64,000 bases of DNA from Mobula birostris (taxonomy: Eukaryota). The position numbers and the translations under genes were made by a program. The notes beneath the pieces are model-generated. The model did not search any database. It was not told the origin of the DNA and saw nothing but the letters and a program-made list of their open reading frames with translations. The DNA is taken from NCBI RefSeq assembly GCF_030028105.1, contig NC_092382.1:62420125-62484124 (forward strand), in the 5' to 3' direction. The stretch's first letter is position 1. Every line of letters starts with the position of its first letter. Shown in pieces: positions 1-11,930 of this stretch.

Positions 1-563
1 ACGATCAATTGGCATAAGCTCCGCGGACTCTATAAACACAATATGCAGTGCAGCTACAACAAGACCGAAAGCAGAGAGCCGAGCAACCCATAACTAATAA
101 CAAACAGCTGGAAGAACGCGGCCTGACCCGCTCAGTCCCACGGTAACTGGCCGATTCGCTGAATTCCTGCAGTGGTTTGTTTTTGGATAGAAATACCAGC
201 ATCTATGGTCCCGGTGTTTCCACTCCATTACTGAAATGCCGAATACAGGCACTGGAATGTGGAAGTTTTTTTTTATATATTTTTATTAACTTTTATTTTA
301 AGAAAAACATCCACAAAAACCACAACCATAACGAAATCAAATTAAATATTGAACAGCTATAGAGAGAAAAAAAATATGAAGGCAAAAGTATACATACACA
401 GCAGAGGTGCACCACACTGAAAAAAAAAACTCACACCTCAGCTCTTAAAATAGTCCAATTCAGGACCCCATATCCTGGTGAAAGTTTAAACCAGCGACAG
501 AATCAATCAAATTATTGGGATTAAATTTCAACATCAACCACGGCAACTGACACTGCGGCTTAC

Positions 564-633
564 CGGGAATTCCAAAGGCTGAAATAAAAGGATAGTAAAC
601 GCCTGCTATCCGCCAGATGACTGGATACATCAT
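564..633 (-). CDS. GPR139/GPR142-like GPCR paralog A, coding exon 1 (MMYPVIWRIAGVYYPFISAFGIP+G); exon 2 lies left of the window
   Basis: Minus-strand ATG at 633, 70 nt (23 codons + 1), ending CCCG|gtaagc. Clearly homologous to exon 1 at 9635-9704, and window bases 1-563 resemble the intron of that gene. Confidence 0.85.
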
Positions 634-712
634 TTCAGTGTGAATCTGTGATTTCTGTTGCTTCTGTATTCACAGCTCCGGCAGACAGCTGATGCATTCC
701 AAGCGGCCCTGA

Positions 713-820
713 TTTATACAGAGGATCTCTCTCCAGAGATAAGGTTTTACACCTCACTAACTTCCTTAGTTACAATTGCTTGAACAAACACTTTAATTCA
801 ATACCATTGTCTCTATTGTA
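713..820 (-). promoter_or_regulatory. TATA box and conserved proximal promoter of paralog A
   Basis: TATAAA on minus strand at 713-718, 80 nt upstream of the ATG. The block ACTAACTT(C/T)CTTAGTTAC...AACAAACACTTTAATTCAA..CCATTGTCTCT is shared with 9789-9900. Confidence 0.65.
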
Positions 821-860
821 AACATAGAAACATAGAAACATAGAAAATTGGTGCAGGAGT
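821..860 (-). mobile_element. Tiny CR1 3' tail insertion, (CATAGAAA)n on plus strand
   Basis: Octamer tail repeat plus short 3' UTR remnant, absent from the homologous promoter at ~9900. Confidence 0.55.
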
Positions 861-1043
861 ATTGGTGCATCAAAATTCTTTGGCATTACCTCAGCAGCGC
901 ATATGGTGGAAATAGGCTGGTAGATTTCTTTTCAAAGATTGAGCTTTGTCACGAAGCAGCTACACTTACAGATTTCATCTTTTGTTGGCTAATTATTCAT
1001 CTCTGAACGGAGACCAGCGACACTGATCGATCTTCTTCCTGAT

Positions 1044-1045
<2 letters not shown>

Positions 1046-1095
<50 letters not shown>
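1046..1095. repeat. (CA)n microsatellite
   Basis: Direct read of sequence. Confidence 0.95.
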
Positions 1096-1099
<4 letters not shown>

Positions 1100-1984
1100 C
1101 AATTGCACAGATGTATTTCTATGTTATAGTGACTGTCCTGTTGTACATACTATTTATTATAAGTTACTATAAATTGCACATTGCACATTTACACAGAAAC
1201 ATAACGTAAAGATTTTTACTTCTCTTATATATGAAGGATGTCAGTAATGAATTCAGTACAATTCGAAATACACAAACACAGATTTGAACAAACATACAAT
1301 AGGAAGAAAGAGATCAGGATGGAGACGGTAAAATGAGCACGTTGCTAATGTATAATCACGCTAAAATCTAAAGTTGTTGGCAATCCAGGACAACACAAAG
1401 AACTCTACTGAGTTCCTCCAGCATTTTGTGTGTCATGTTGCTGATGTAACAGTCTTTAATTGGTAACTCAAATCAGTCAAAATGTCAAGAGAAATGGAGA
1501 ATAAATATTTCAGTTTGCAAAGGAAAGGGCAGACTGTTAAATAATCAAAAAACAACAAGGAATTGGCAGAATAGTAAGTGCACGGCGGCTGGAAATGAAG
1601 GAGAGAAAGACAAACGTGAGCTAAATTGATAAATTTAAGACAGAGAGAGAGAGGGGGGGAGGGAGGGGAGAGAGGGGGAGAGAGAGAGAGAAAGATAGAG
1701 GCCGATAGGCAAACTGACAAATAGGTAGGTCAAGAAGGCAGAAAAGCGGCCAGAAACAGATGTATAGATTGCAGGATTGTTGTGTTCCTCCTGTATCACC
1801 TAGTCTCTGGTACAGTATGAGAGTGTGATGTTCACTCTGTACCCATCAGTCTAGGATGCAGTGGGAGTGTGGGGTTCACTCTGTACCTGTCAGTCTATGG
1901 TACAGTGTGATACTGCACAGGGCTGAAAGAAGTGCAGAAGGTTGTAAATGTTATCAGCTCCAACTTGCGTACTAGCCTACAAAG

Positions 1985-4900
1985 TATAACCATATAACAA
2001 TTACAACGTGGAAACAGGCCATCTCGGCCCTTCTAGTCCGTGCCGAATGCTTACTCTCACCTAGTCCCACGGGACCTGAACTCAGCCCATAACCCTCCAT
2101 TCCTTTCCTGTCCACAAACCGATCCAATTTTACTTCAAATGACAATATCGAACCTGCCCTTATCACTTCCACTGGAAGCTCGTTCCACACAGCTACTGCT
2201 CTCTGTGTAAAGAAGCTCCCCCTCGTGTTACCTCTAAACTTTTGCCCCATAAATCTCAACGCATATCCTCTTGTGTGAATATCCCCCACCCTCAATGGTA
2301 AAAGCCTATCCACATCAACTCTATCTATCCCCCTCCTAATTGTAAATACCTGCATCAAGTCCCCCCTCAACCTTCTGCATTGCAAAGAAAAAAGACCTAA
2401 CTAATTCAACCTTTCTCTGTAACTGAGGTGCTGAAACCCAGGTCACATTCTGGTAAATCTTCTCTGTACTCTCTCTATTTTGTTGGCATCTTTCCTCTAA
2501 TTCGGTGACGAGAACTGTACACAATACTCAAAATTTGGTCTTACCAATGCCTTGTTCAATTTTAACATTACATCCCAACTCCTATACTCAATGCTCTGAT
2601 TTATAAAGGGCAGCATACCAAAAGCTTTCTTCACCACGCTATCCACATGAGATTCCACCTTCAGGGAACTATGCACCATTATTCCTAGATCCCTCTGTTC
2701 TACTGCATTCTTCAATGCCCCACCATTTACCATGTATGTCCTATTTTGATTAGTCCTACCAAAATGTAGCATCTCATATTTATCAGCATTAAACTCCATC
2801 TGCCATCTTTCAGCCCACTCTTCTAACTGGCCTAAATCTCTCTGCAAGCTTTGAAAACCTACTTCATTATCCACAACGCCACCTATCTTGGTATCATCTG
2901 CATACTTACTAATCCAATTTACCACACCATCATCCAGATCATTAATATATATGACAAATAAAACATTGGACACAATACAGATCCCTGAGGCACACCGCTA
3001 CACACAGTCCTCCAATCTGACACATAGTTATCCGCCACTACTCTCTGGCGTCTCCCATCCAGCTACCGCTGAATCCATTTTACTACTTCAATATTAATAC
3101 CTAACGATTGAAACTTCATAACTGACCTTCCGTGTGGAACCTTGTCAAAGGCCAGAAAGATGTCCATTTAGACAACATCCACCACTTTACTCTGGTCAAA
3201 TTTCCTAGTAACCTCTTCAAAAATTCAATAAGATTTGTCAAACATGACCTTCCACGCACAAATCCACGTTGACTGTTCCTAACCAGACCCTGTCTATCCA
3301 GATAATTATACATACCATCTCTAAGAATACTTTCCATCAATTTACCCACCACTGACGTCAAATTCACAGGCCGATAATTGCTAGGTTTACTCTTAGAACC
3401 GTTTTTAAACAATGGAACCACATGAACAAAACGCCAACCCTCCGGCACCATCCCTGTTTCGAATGAAATTTGAAATATTTCTGTCAGAGCCCCTGCTATT
3501 TCCACACCAACCTCCCTCAAGGTCCCAGGGAATATCCTCTCAGGTCCCGGAGACTTATCCACTTTTATATTCCTTAAAAGCACCAATGCTTCTTCTTCTT
3601 TAATCATCATAGTTTCTACACCTTCCCTACCTGTTTCCCTTACAATACACAATTCAATATCCTTCTCCTTAGTGAATACCAAAGAAAATAAGCTGTTCAA
3701 AATCTCCCCCATCTCTTTTGGGTCCACACATAGCTGTCCACTCTGATTCTCTAAGGGACCAATTTTATCCCTCACTATCCTTTTGCTGTTAATATAACGG
3801 TAGAAACCCTTTGAATTTCTTACATCTTACTTGTCAAAGCAACCTCGTATCTTCTTTTAGCTTTTCTTATTTCTTTCTTAAGATTATTTTTACATTATTT
3901 ATATTCCTCTAGCACCTCATTTACTCCATGCTGCCTGTATATATTGTAGATACGTCTCTTTTTCCGAACCAAGTCTCCAATATCCCTTGAAAACCATAGC
4001 TCTCTCAAAATTTTAACCTTTCCTTTCAACCTAACAAGAACATAAAGATTCTGTACCCTCAAAATATCACCTTTAAATGACCTCCAATTCTCTATTACAT
4101 CTTTCCTATAAAACAGATTGTCCCAATGCACTCCTTTTAAATCCTTTTGCATCACCTTAAAGTTAGACTTTCTTCAATCAAAATGTCAACCTTAGGTCCA
4201 GACGTATCCTTCTCCATAATTATATTGAAACTAATGGCATTGAGATCACTGCGCCCGAAGTGCTCCCCAACACATACCTCCGTCACTTGACCTATCTCAT
4301 TCCCTAACAGGAGATCTAACGCTGCCCCCTGTCTAGTTGGTTCCTCTATATATTGATGCAAAAAAAACTATCCCCCACACCTTTTACAATCTTCAAACCA
4401 TCTAGCCCTTTTGCTGTAAGGGTTTCCCAGTCTGTGGAAAGTTAAAATCTCCCACATTCCCACCCTTGTGCTTACTACAAATAGCTGCTTTCTCCTTATA
4501 AATTTGCTCCCCCAATTCTCGTTCCACATTAGGTGGTCTATAAAACACCTCTATAAGTGTGTCTACACCTTTCTTATTCTTCAATTCCACCCAAATATCC
4601 TCCCTAGCCGTGCCATCTAATCCACCCTGCCAGAGCACCGCTGTAATATTTCCTCTGAGAAGCAATGCTACACTTCCCCCTCTTGTTCCTCCGATTCTAT
4701 CACACCTGAAGCAACGAAATCCAGGAATATTTAGCTGCCAATCACACTCATCCTGCAACCATGTTCCACTAATAGCTACCACATCATATTTCCATGTATC
4801 AATCCAAGCTTTAAGCTCATTCACCTTTCTTATAATGCTCCTAGCATTAAAATAAATGCATTTATGATATTTTCCACCTGTTACTCTCTGTTTATCACTA

Positions 4901-6090
4901 ACGGTGCAAACAACTTTACTGTCTTCTTTTGCTTTCTTCTCCTAAACATCTGTTCCTACACTCTGGTTCCTCTCACCCCTTGTATCTAGTTTAAATCCAC
5001 TGGAGCCTCTCTAGCAAACATACCTGCAAGAATATTTGTCCCCCTCCAGTTCAGATGTAAACCGTCCCGCCGGAACAGGTCCCACATTCCCTGGAAAACT
5101 GCCCAATTATCTGTAAATCTGAAGTCCTCCCTCCTGTACCATGTCTTCAGGCACGTGTTGATCTGCGCTATCTTACTATTTCTAAACCCGCCTGCACGTG
5201 GCACTGGTAGCTACCCTGAGATTGCTATCCTGGAGGTTCTGTCCTTTAACTTGGCCCCTAACTCCCTAAACTCACCGTTCAGGATTTCCTCACTCTTCCT
5301 ACTCACGTCATTGGTCCCTACATGGACCACGATATCCAGCTGCTCACCCTCCCTCTTGAGTATACTGAGAACTCGATCCGAGATATCGCGGACCTTGGCA
5401 CTATGGAGGAAACAGACCATCCGGGATTCTCGATCTCTTCCACAGAACCTCTTACCTGTCCCCTTACTATCGAATCCCCTATCACTATTGCTCTCTTCTT
5501 TTTCCTCCTTCCCTTTTAAGCTTAGGGTCCCGTCTCGGTACCAGAAAGGCAACCACTGCGACTTGTCCCTATCATGTCGTCCCCATCAATAATATTGAAA
5601 ATGATATACTTATTATTGGTGGGAACGGCCACAGGGGTGCTCTGCTCATTCTGTCTATTCCCCTTCCCTCTCCTGACAGTCACCCAGCTACCTGTCTCCT
5701 GACTCTTAGAAGTGACTATCTCCCTGTAACTCCTGTTGTTTCTGCCTCTGCCTCCCCAATGATCCGAAGTTCATCCAGCTCCAGCTCCAGTTCCCTAACT
5801 CGGTTTGTCAGGAGCTGCAGCTGGATGCACCTTTTACAGGTGTAGTCATCAGGGACAACTGTGCTCGTCCTGACCTCCCACATACTACAAACGGAGCACT
5901 CGACTGCCCTAACTGCTGTCTCCACTGCCTCCCCCTAAGTTAATTAAATTAATTAAAGGAACTTACCCGGCCTTACCTCACTTGGAGTGAACCTCGTCCT
6001 CAGCCTCTGTTCGCCGAAGCCTCTTGAACCAAAGCCTGCCTAATCTATCTCCCTCTACTCCATCGCCCACTACAACTTCGCCCGCTCAGT
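1985..6090 (-). mobile_element. Near full-length CR1-clade LINE, degenerate (ORF1 zinc finger + SGNH esterase; ORF2 APE endonuclease + RT)
   Basis: ORF1: CSVCSMWE...CKRC (5716-5925) and VVHVGTNDV/RDGLHLN esterase motifs (4986-5552). ORF2: DVVAISGTWL, GDFNFP, LDLLLGN, SPGP, NYRPVNLTS, SKYADDT, LVRPNFEYCVQF. 3' TTATA-type tail at ~1985. Many frameshifts and stops. Confidence 0.92.
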
Positions 6091-6169
6091 TAATCTCTTT
6101 CCCGCTGCCTCACGGTCCGACTTTCACGCGCTTGCGCAGTCCTGCCTCGTTCAACTGCCGAAGGTCGTC

Positions 6170-6500
6170 CAACCACAAATGGGATCCAGCTGTTGGTGGC
6201 GGCGATGACCATAGGGATAGTCTGCACTGGCTCTTGAAACCCTTTCCCCTTCCTGACAGTCACCCAATTTCCTGTGTCCTGCACCCTGACTGTATCTACC
6301 AGTTTATATGTCCTAGTCCATCCCGCCTGCGGCCCCCAATGAACCGGGGTTCATCCAGATTCAACAACACGTTAGAGAATCTGCACCTTGCAGTTTGTTA
6401 CAAGCTGCAGCTCTGTGCACTTCTCGCAGGTGTCGTCATCAGGAACCATGGAAGTTTCCCCGCCTTTCCACATCCTGTGAGGAGCATTCCACTCCGGCGA
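6170..6500 (-). mobile_element. Second, older CR1 ORF1 fragment
   Basis: WVTVRKGKG motif and nucleotide similarity to 5650-5890. Confidence 0.6.
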
Positions 6501-7333
6501 TGGCCGCCCCGCTTGTCCCTGCCTTATTTTAATGTCTTCTGTGCATTTAACAGAGGATCAGCGAACCCGAGCGAAATACGTTCTTGTAAGCGTCTCATCT
6601 CTCAGAAAGGCCGCTGCTCTAACGTGCAGAACACGCTGATTCTGTCTGCTCTCTATCAGATTAAACATCGAAATACAAGCCTGAACAACATTCTGACTGT
6701 AATAACTCATCCATGATAGAATGATGAACCAGACACAGCGGACCGAATGGCCTTTCTGCACGATGTCTTATGTTCTTGTGAACCTTGTCGCAGCTTCTGT
6801 TTCTCCCACAATCATCAGATTATTGGGCCTTATGGTTCACTTACTAACATCCATCTGTAAAGCCGTGTTGCCGATATAATTGAACCTCCTGTGTTCAGTG
6901 TCTGTTGACGTTGCCATGATAAACTCACACTCAATGTTTTCAGATTCAGTCCTGTCTATTAACGTTTATATCCCCGCTTCCCCACATGTGAAAATAATGA
7001 GTTTTCCAAGCGTTCTCATTCATCTCAGCAAACCTCCTTCCCACATTCTTGCTGAGAGGCGTCTCACGAGTCTTCGATCTGTATTTTTTTTTACTGCTTG
7101 ACTTTCCAAAGAAGCCCTTTGCCGCGTTGAACCTTGGAGTAAACTACCGACTTTCCGGATCGACAGCCTGCAATGTGATTATGTGTGTGTTGTTTTGTAT
7201 TTCGAGAACCTGCAGATTTTCTCGTCTTCGTTTGGTAACTCTGCTCATCACATTGTTTCCTTTACCCTAGAGTGGGGGTATAGAAAAGGAAGAAGGAAGG
7301 CAGCTAAATTGTAATACATTTCAACATTCATTT

Positions 7334-8238
7334 CTAACGTTCCATGAGTTTCAAAATCCGATTCAGTGGGTATTTCAACGCATTCTTTAGTTCTTCTCGG
7401 AATTTGCTCTGAGTCAGGGCATAAATACACGTATTGGTGCAGGAACTGAGAACCTGCAGCATTCCCGATGTGTATTCTGTGATGAAACGTGGATCCATGA
7501 CAGAATAATAAACAGCACTCTTTGAAATCCGTTGATAGATATAAAATACCACCTGCGTTACCCACAACAGTATGAAACTACCGGTTATGCTGAAGAGCAA
7601 AGCGATGGATTTGTGTCGGTTCTCCATCTCCCGGTCCCTGTCATTCTCTGGGCTCTGTTGTCCCCGGAGCCCCCTGCGGGCTCGACTGGCCGCTAGAATC
7701 CGCCTGACAGTCTGGATATTGAGCAGCAAAATCAGAAAGAATGGGACACAAGGGGTTAAAATGCGGTGAAACATCGTAAATGCCGCCCATGAGGGGGAGT
7801 TCCTGTAGCTCGGTGTATAAACACAATGCCAGGGAACACCATCAATTATTACCCTAGGCTCCGATACAAACCCCCAGGGGACACTCTCCAAACAGGCCAG
7901 CACACTCACTGTCCCGATAACCACAGCCGCCGTTCTCTCGGTGCAATATTTTGTTTTCAGCTTCTCACAGCAAATAGCCACAAATCGATCGACGGTGAAA
8001 GCGACAGTCAGCCAGACAGAGGCCGCCGTGCTCGCAAATATCAACCAAAAACGGGGTCTGCACACAGCAGTAATGAACAGGAATGATCGCTGAAAATAAA
8101 GCCAAGCAGTCCAGCTCAGTAGCGGATCGAAGATAACGACCAGGAGATCAGCCGCTGCCATTCCCACCATGTAGCGAGTAACACATTTGGAAAGACCGCA
8201 CTTTCCCCGGGACAGGATTACAATCGCCACCAGGTTCG
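7334..8238 (-). CDS. GPR139/GPR142-like GPCR paralog B, exon 2 (gene join 9704-9635,8238-7334; 324 aa)
   Basis: 7TM ORF with ANLVAIVILSRGKCGLSKC, MAAADL, TVDRFVAICC, FILLWVT and SSCTNTCIY. Polypyrimidine tract plus AG acceptor at 8240-8239; phase 1. The ORF-track extension to 8410 is intronic. Confidence 0.92.
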
Positions 8239-9634
8239 CTTGAAGAGAGACAGAGAACAGCAAGTTCAGAAAATACAGAACAGAACGAATCAGGCTGCTT
8301 GAAGGGATTCTGTAATATTTCCACATTATTCTTGCATTTAGAAGTGGAAGGCTCGAGAGGGGGTGCACAGGAGTCGTGAAAAGTGAGTTTACACAGTAAA
8401 CTGAAGTCAATATGATCTGAATGCGGACTCCATACTGATTACCGAAAGGTGAAGTGGGAACGAAAAGCTATAGCTGGGTAACTACCTCCTCGGAGTCAAT
8501 ACTGAGTAAGAATATTTTCTACTAGCTCCATCCCCGTCACGTGCAGCCGAAATTAATAAATCCGGACGGTGATGGCGGGATTCTTCCATTAGACAATCAT
8601 TAGCTTCCACGGTGCTCCCCCTCAGTGACAGAACACCGAAGGACGGAACAAAAACACGAAATGCTGGAAACACTCATCCAGGAGAAACAGAATATGTGGG
8701 GGAAAAAAACAGTTAAAGTGTCTCCTCTCAGAACTGTTCTCAAAGATGCCCCTGACACGAGTGTTGACTGGTTTCTCCATCCATACAAGCTGCCTGAGGC
8801 TAAGTACTTCTAGCATTCCCCGTGTCCGATTCCTAATCCAACATTTGCCACTTCACTGACTTTATAACAGAACATAGACAGATTCCGACAGATACAGCGT
8901 AATCTGACACAACCACTCAGACAGACGTGACGCCCCCACTAAATTCACTGCAGGGAAAGGTGGCAGAGGAATTCTACGGCCAGCGGCAAGCTCGGTGCCG
9001 CAGACAGGTGTCTGTAACGGCGTCAGATGTGGATGTAATGTAATACGTTCAACATTATTGATAATTATGAAGCAACATGTCGGTTGTGTTAATTGTCTCA
9101 GCAACGACTTCATTGAGTAGTCCATCAACTGCTTCACATTCAGTCACAGCGCACACATTTGTTAAAAGTCCGTAGGTTTTACGCTGCAACGTGGAACTCC
9201 TGACATTTGCTAAATTGTTACTGCCAGCTGATGGTTTGATCGTTACACCTAACTCAGACAACCGCTCAAATACAAATGCAGACAATCAATGCGTGTAATC
9301 TCAGCGGGCTGTGTAACACAATGCTGCTCAAACCAGGGCAGCTGCTACAAGACCAAAAACACAGAAAGCCGAACATCAGGTTATTGAACACAACAGCTGG
9401 AAGAACCCTGCCTAACCCGTTGAATTCCACAGATGTTAACCGATTCGCTGAACTTCTGCAGCAGTGCGTTTTCGATCCAGGTCCCAGAATCCACTCTCAC
9501 GGTGCTTCCATTTCATTCCTGAAATGCGGAACACCGGGACTGGACAGGTGACAGTGGATAGCAGCGACAGAAACAATCACAACATTGGAATTAATCTTCT
9601 GTCTCCAGCAAGAGCAGCAGACACTGCGGCTTAC

Positions 9635-9704
9635 CGAGAATTCCAAAGGCTGTAATAAAAGGATAGTAAATTTCTCGTATTCGCAGGAAGACTGCATATC
9701 CCAT
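9635..9704 (-). CDS. Paralog B coding exon 1 (MGYAVFLRIREIYYPFITAFGIL+G)
   Basis: ATG at 9704, 70 nt, donor G|gtaagc. Joins in frame to exon 2, giving TM1 FGIL-A-NL. Intron is 1396 nt. Confidence 0.9.
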
Positions 9705-9788
9705 TTCAGTGAGAATCTGTGACTTCTGTTGCTCCCAAATTCACAGCTCTGGAAGAACTGTGACCTGATGCATTCCAAACACCCCTGA

Positions 9789-9900
9789 TTTATACATAGG
9801 ATCGGTCTCCCGAGATATGGTTATACCCCTGACTAACTTTCTTAGTTACCGTTACTGAAACAAACACTTTAATTCAACACCATTGTCTCTGACGTAAATA
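9789..9900 (-). promoter_or_regulatory. TATA box and conserved proximal promoter of paralog B
   Basis: TATAAA at 9789-9794 on minus strand, 85 nt upstream of the ATG. Conserved with 713-820. Confidence 0.65.
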
Positions 9901-10959
9901 TTTGGCCGATTCAGCCAAACATATCAAAATTCTTGGGCATTAACTCAGCAGTGACTCATCAGGTGGAAATAATGCCGGGGTGCTAATGACCAAAAATAAC
10001 TGAGCTTTGTTACAGAGCAGCTGCATTTACAGATTTCACGTTTTTGTTGACCCCAACAAAAACACCGACCCCGAACTTCTGTTCTGCGCTTTCCCTTTAA
10101 GAACTGTCCGTCAGTCCTTTAGTACCCCCCCCCCCCCCACAACCCCGGCCCAATACACCCACACACAAACAAGCACACACACACAAACAAACAGACAGAC
10201 ACACAAGCCCACACAAATACACACATACACACAGGCATACATAGGCACACGCACAGGCGGATAAAGCACCATCATACAGATACATACCCACACAAAAGAA
10301 TTGATGCTCACATACACAGACACAAAGCTCGTGTTTTCTCACAGAGCAACCATATTTACTGAACTCCTCCAGCATTTTGTGATGTTACTGAAGTAATAGT
10401 CTACTATGATCATTTCAAATCTGGCAGGGGCCAAACGAAAATTCAGAAGAAACGTTTTAATCTGCAAAGGAAGGGGAAGACCGGTACAAGCAGTACTATC
10501 AATTGGGAGATGAACAGATGCAGGATGGCTGGATGTGAATGAAAAGGGTCAGATACAATTTCAGATACAGTATGTATGTATGTGTGGGTCGATGGGGGGG
10601 GGGTGGAGAGAGAGCGAGCGAGAGAGAGAGAGAGAGACATACAGATGACAGACAGACAGAGAGACAGACAGACTGGTACTAGCTTCACACAGCCGTTTGA
10701 CATTTACCTCTCCCTCACTGATCCAGTTTCGTTCTCCTACACACAGGCAAAGACTTCATTCAAATCCGATACCCTCCTATGGTGTGACAAGGTACAGAGC
10801 AGCCGCTTCTGTCTTACACACAGGGTGTGTTACAGAGCACAGAGACACTGACAGACATTTCCAATACAACTGCTGCACTGAACCACGGGCAGTCAAATTT
10901 TCCATTGTATTCTATACACAGTGTCCTAAAGGCAGACAAACAGACCCAGAACTCACATA

Positions 10960-11930
10960 CCCACCCACATAGATGGGATGACAGCAACAACAGCGTTGGC
11001 AAAGTCAGTGTGAGTCGAAGAAAGGACAATCAGATGGAAAACAGGGAACTGATGAATGTGGTGTAGATGGATTTGAAGAAAGTTTCTGATTAGCGCATGG
11101 GATTGTGGATAATATGCTTGTGTGGACTCAGATGCAATCAGCGTGTCAAAGGCAGAGAGAGGGGATAAATGGGTCATTTTCGATTTCGGAAGCTTTGACC
11201 GGTTGGGTGACACCGGGATTGGTCCGAGACCACAGCTGTTCACAATCTATTGTATCCATGTCTGCTGCTGTTATAAGCTTGGTGGCAGGTTTAGGAGAGA
11301 GCGGGTTTCGGAGAGAGTTTGAGGATGTCAAATGAAGTGAATGAGTGAGGATGTGGCAGATGGACCAAGTGTGGGGAAACTTGAGGCCATCCTTTCCAAG
11401 AGATACAAACTAGAAATGCCATATTACCGTGGTAGCACAATGAAATGTTCAGAGGGACCTGGGGGTCTTGAAAATAAATTACTGTGAGTTAAAATTCAGG
11501 TACATGGTATGGTAAACGGTATTTTCTCTTGTAATACAGGAGTATTGGAGAAGGGGGGCAGAGAGGTGTTACTGCGAGTTGGCTCATGGGGTTCTGGTGA
11601 AAAAGCGCCTTTAATATCATTTCCAGGTCTGGTCACAGTTCCTCATCAAAGATATCCCTGCAACAGAGCGAGTGGAGGGACTATTCTTACACTAACCGGA
11701 CTGGTACAACAGATGGCAATCTGTTTGTGTGAGGGGACAGTGGGTGAGCTGTGCCTGTATTCTCTGCAATTGTCAGGAAAATGTTGGATTCTTTCAGATA
11801 TTTGGACCGGATCGATTTCAGGGAGGATGTTTCTCCTGAATGAGAATTCTATTACCATGGGTCACAGACTCAGAATGAAGGACCTGATGTTCAGGGCAGA
11901 GAGGAAACGAAATTCCGTTCATCAGTGATT
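10960..11930 (+). mobile_element. Highly decayed CR1 RT/3' fragment
   Basis: Remnant motifs VV*MDLKKVSD and GPQLFTIY, and a GHRLRMK..FRAE 3' region. Confidence 0.6.

Noticed and set aside
6024-6716. 230 aa plus-strand ORF
   Set aside because: Antisense to CR1 5' UTR and ORF1 remnants; low complexity and no motif.
8239-8410. N-terminal extensions of the GPCR ORFs in the ORF track (also 21665-21701, 50048-50087, 62724-62775)
   Set aside because: These are intronic polypyrimidine tracts read through from non-ATG or incidental starts. True first exons with canonical donors exist upstream.
7334-9704. Assigning the symbol GPR139 to any paralog
   Set aside because: Similarity is at family level only. 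The multi-copy arrangement and distinct motifs (RGKCGLS, NTxIY) argue against one-to-one orthology without a phylogeny.
10917-10944. RSS-like CACAGTG-12 nt-ACAAACAGA
   Set aside because: The nonamer matches only 6/9 with a broken A-tract, and there is no adjacent V, D or J segment. Likely chance.
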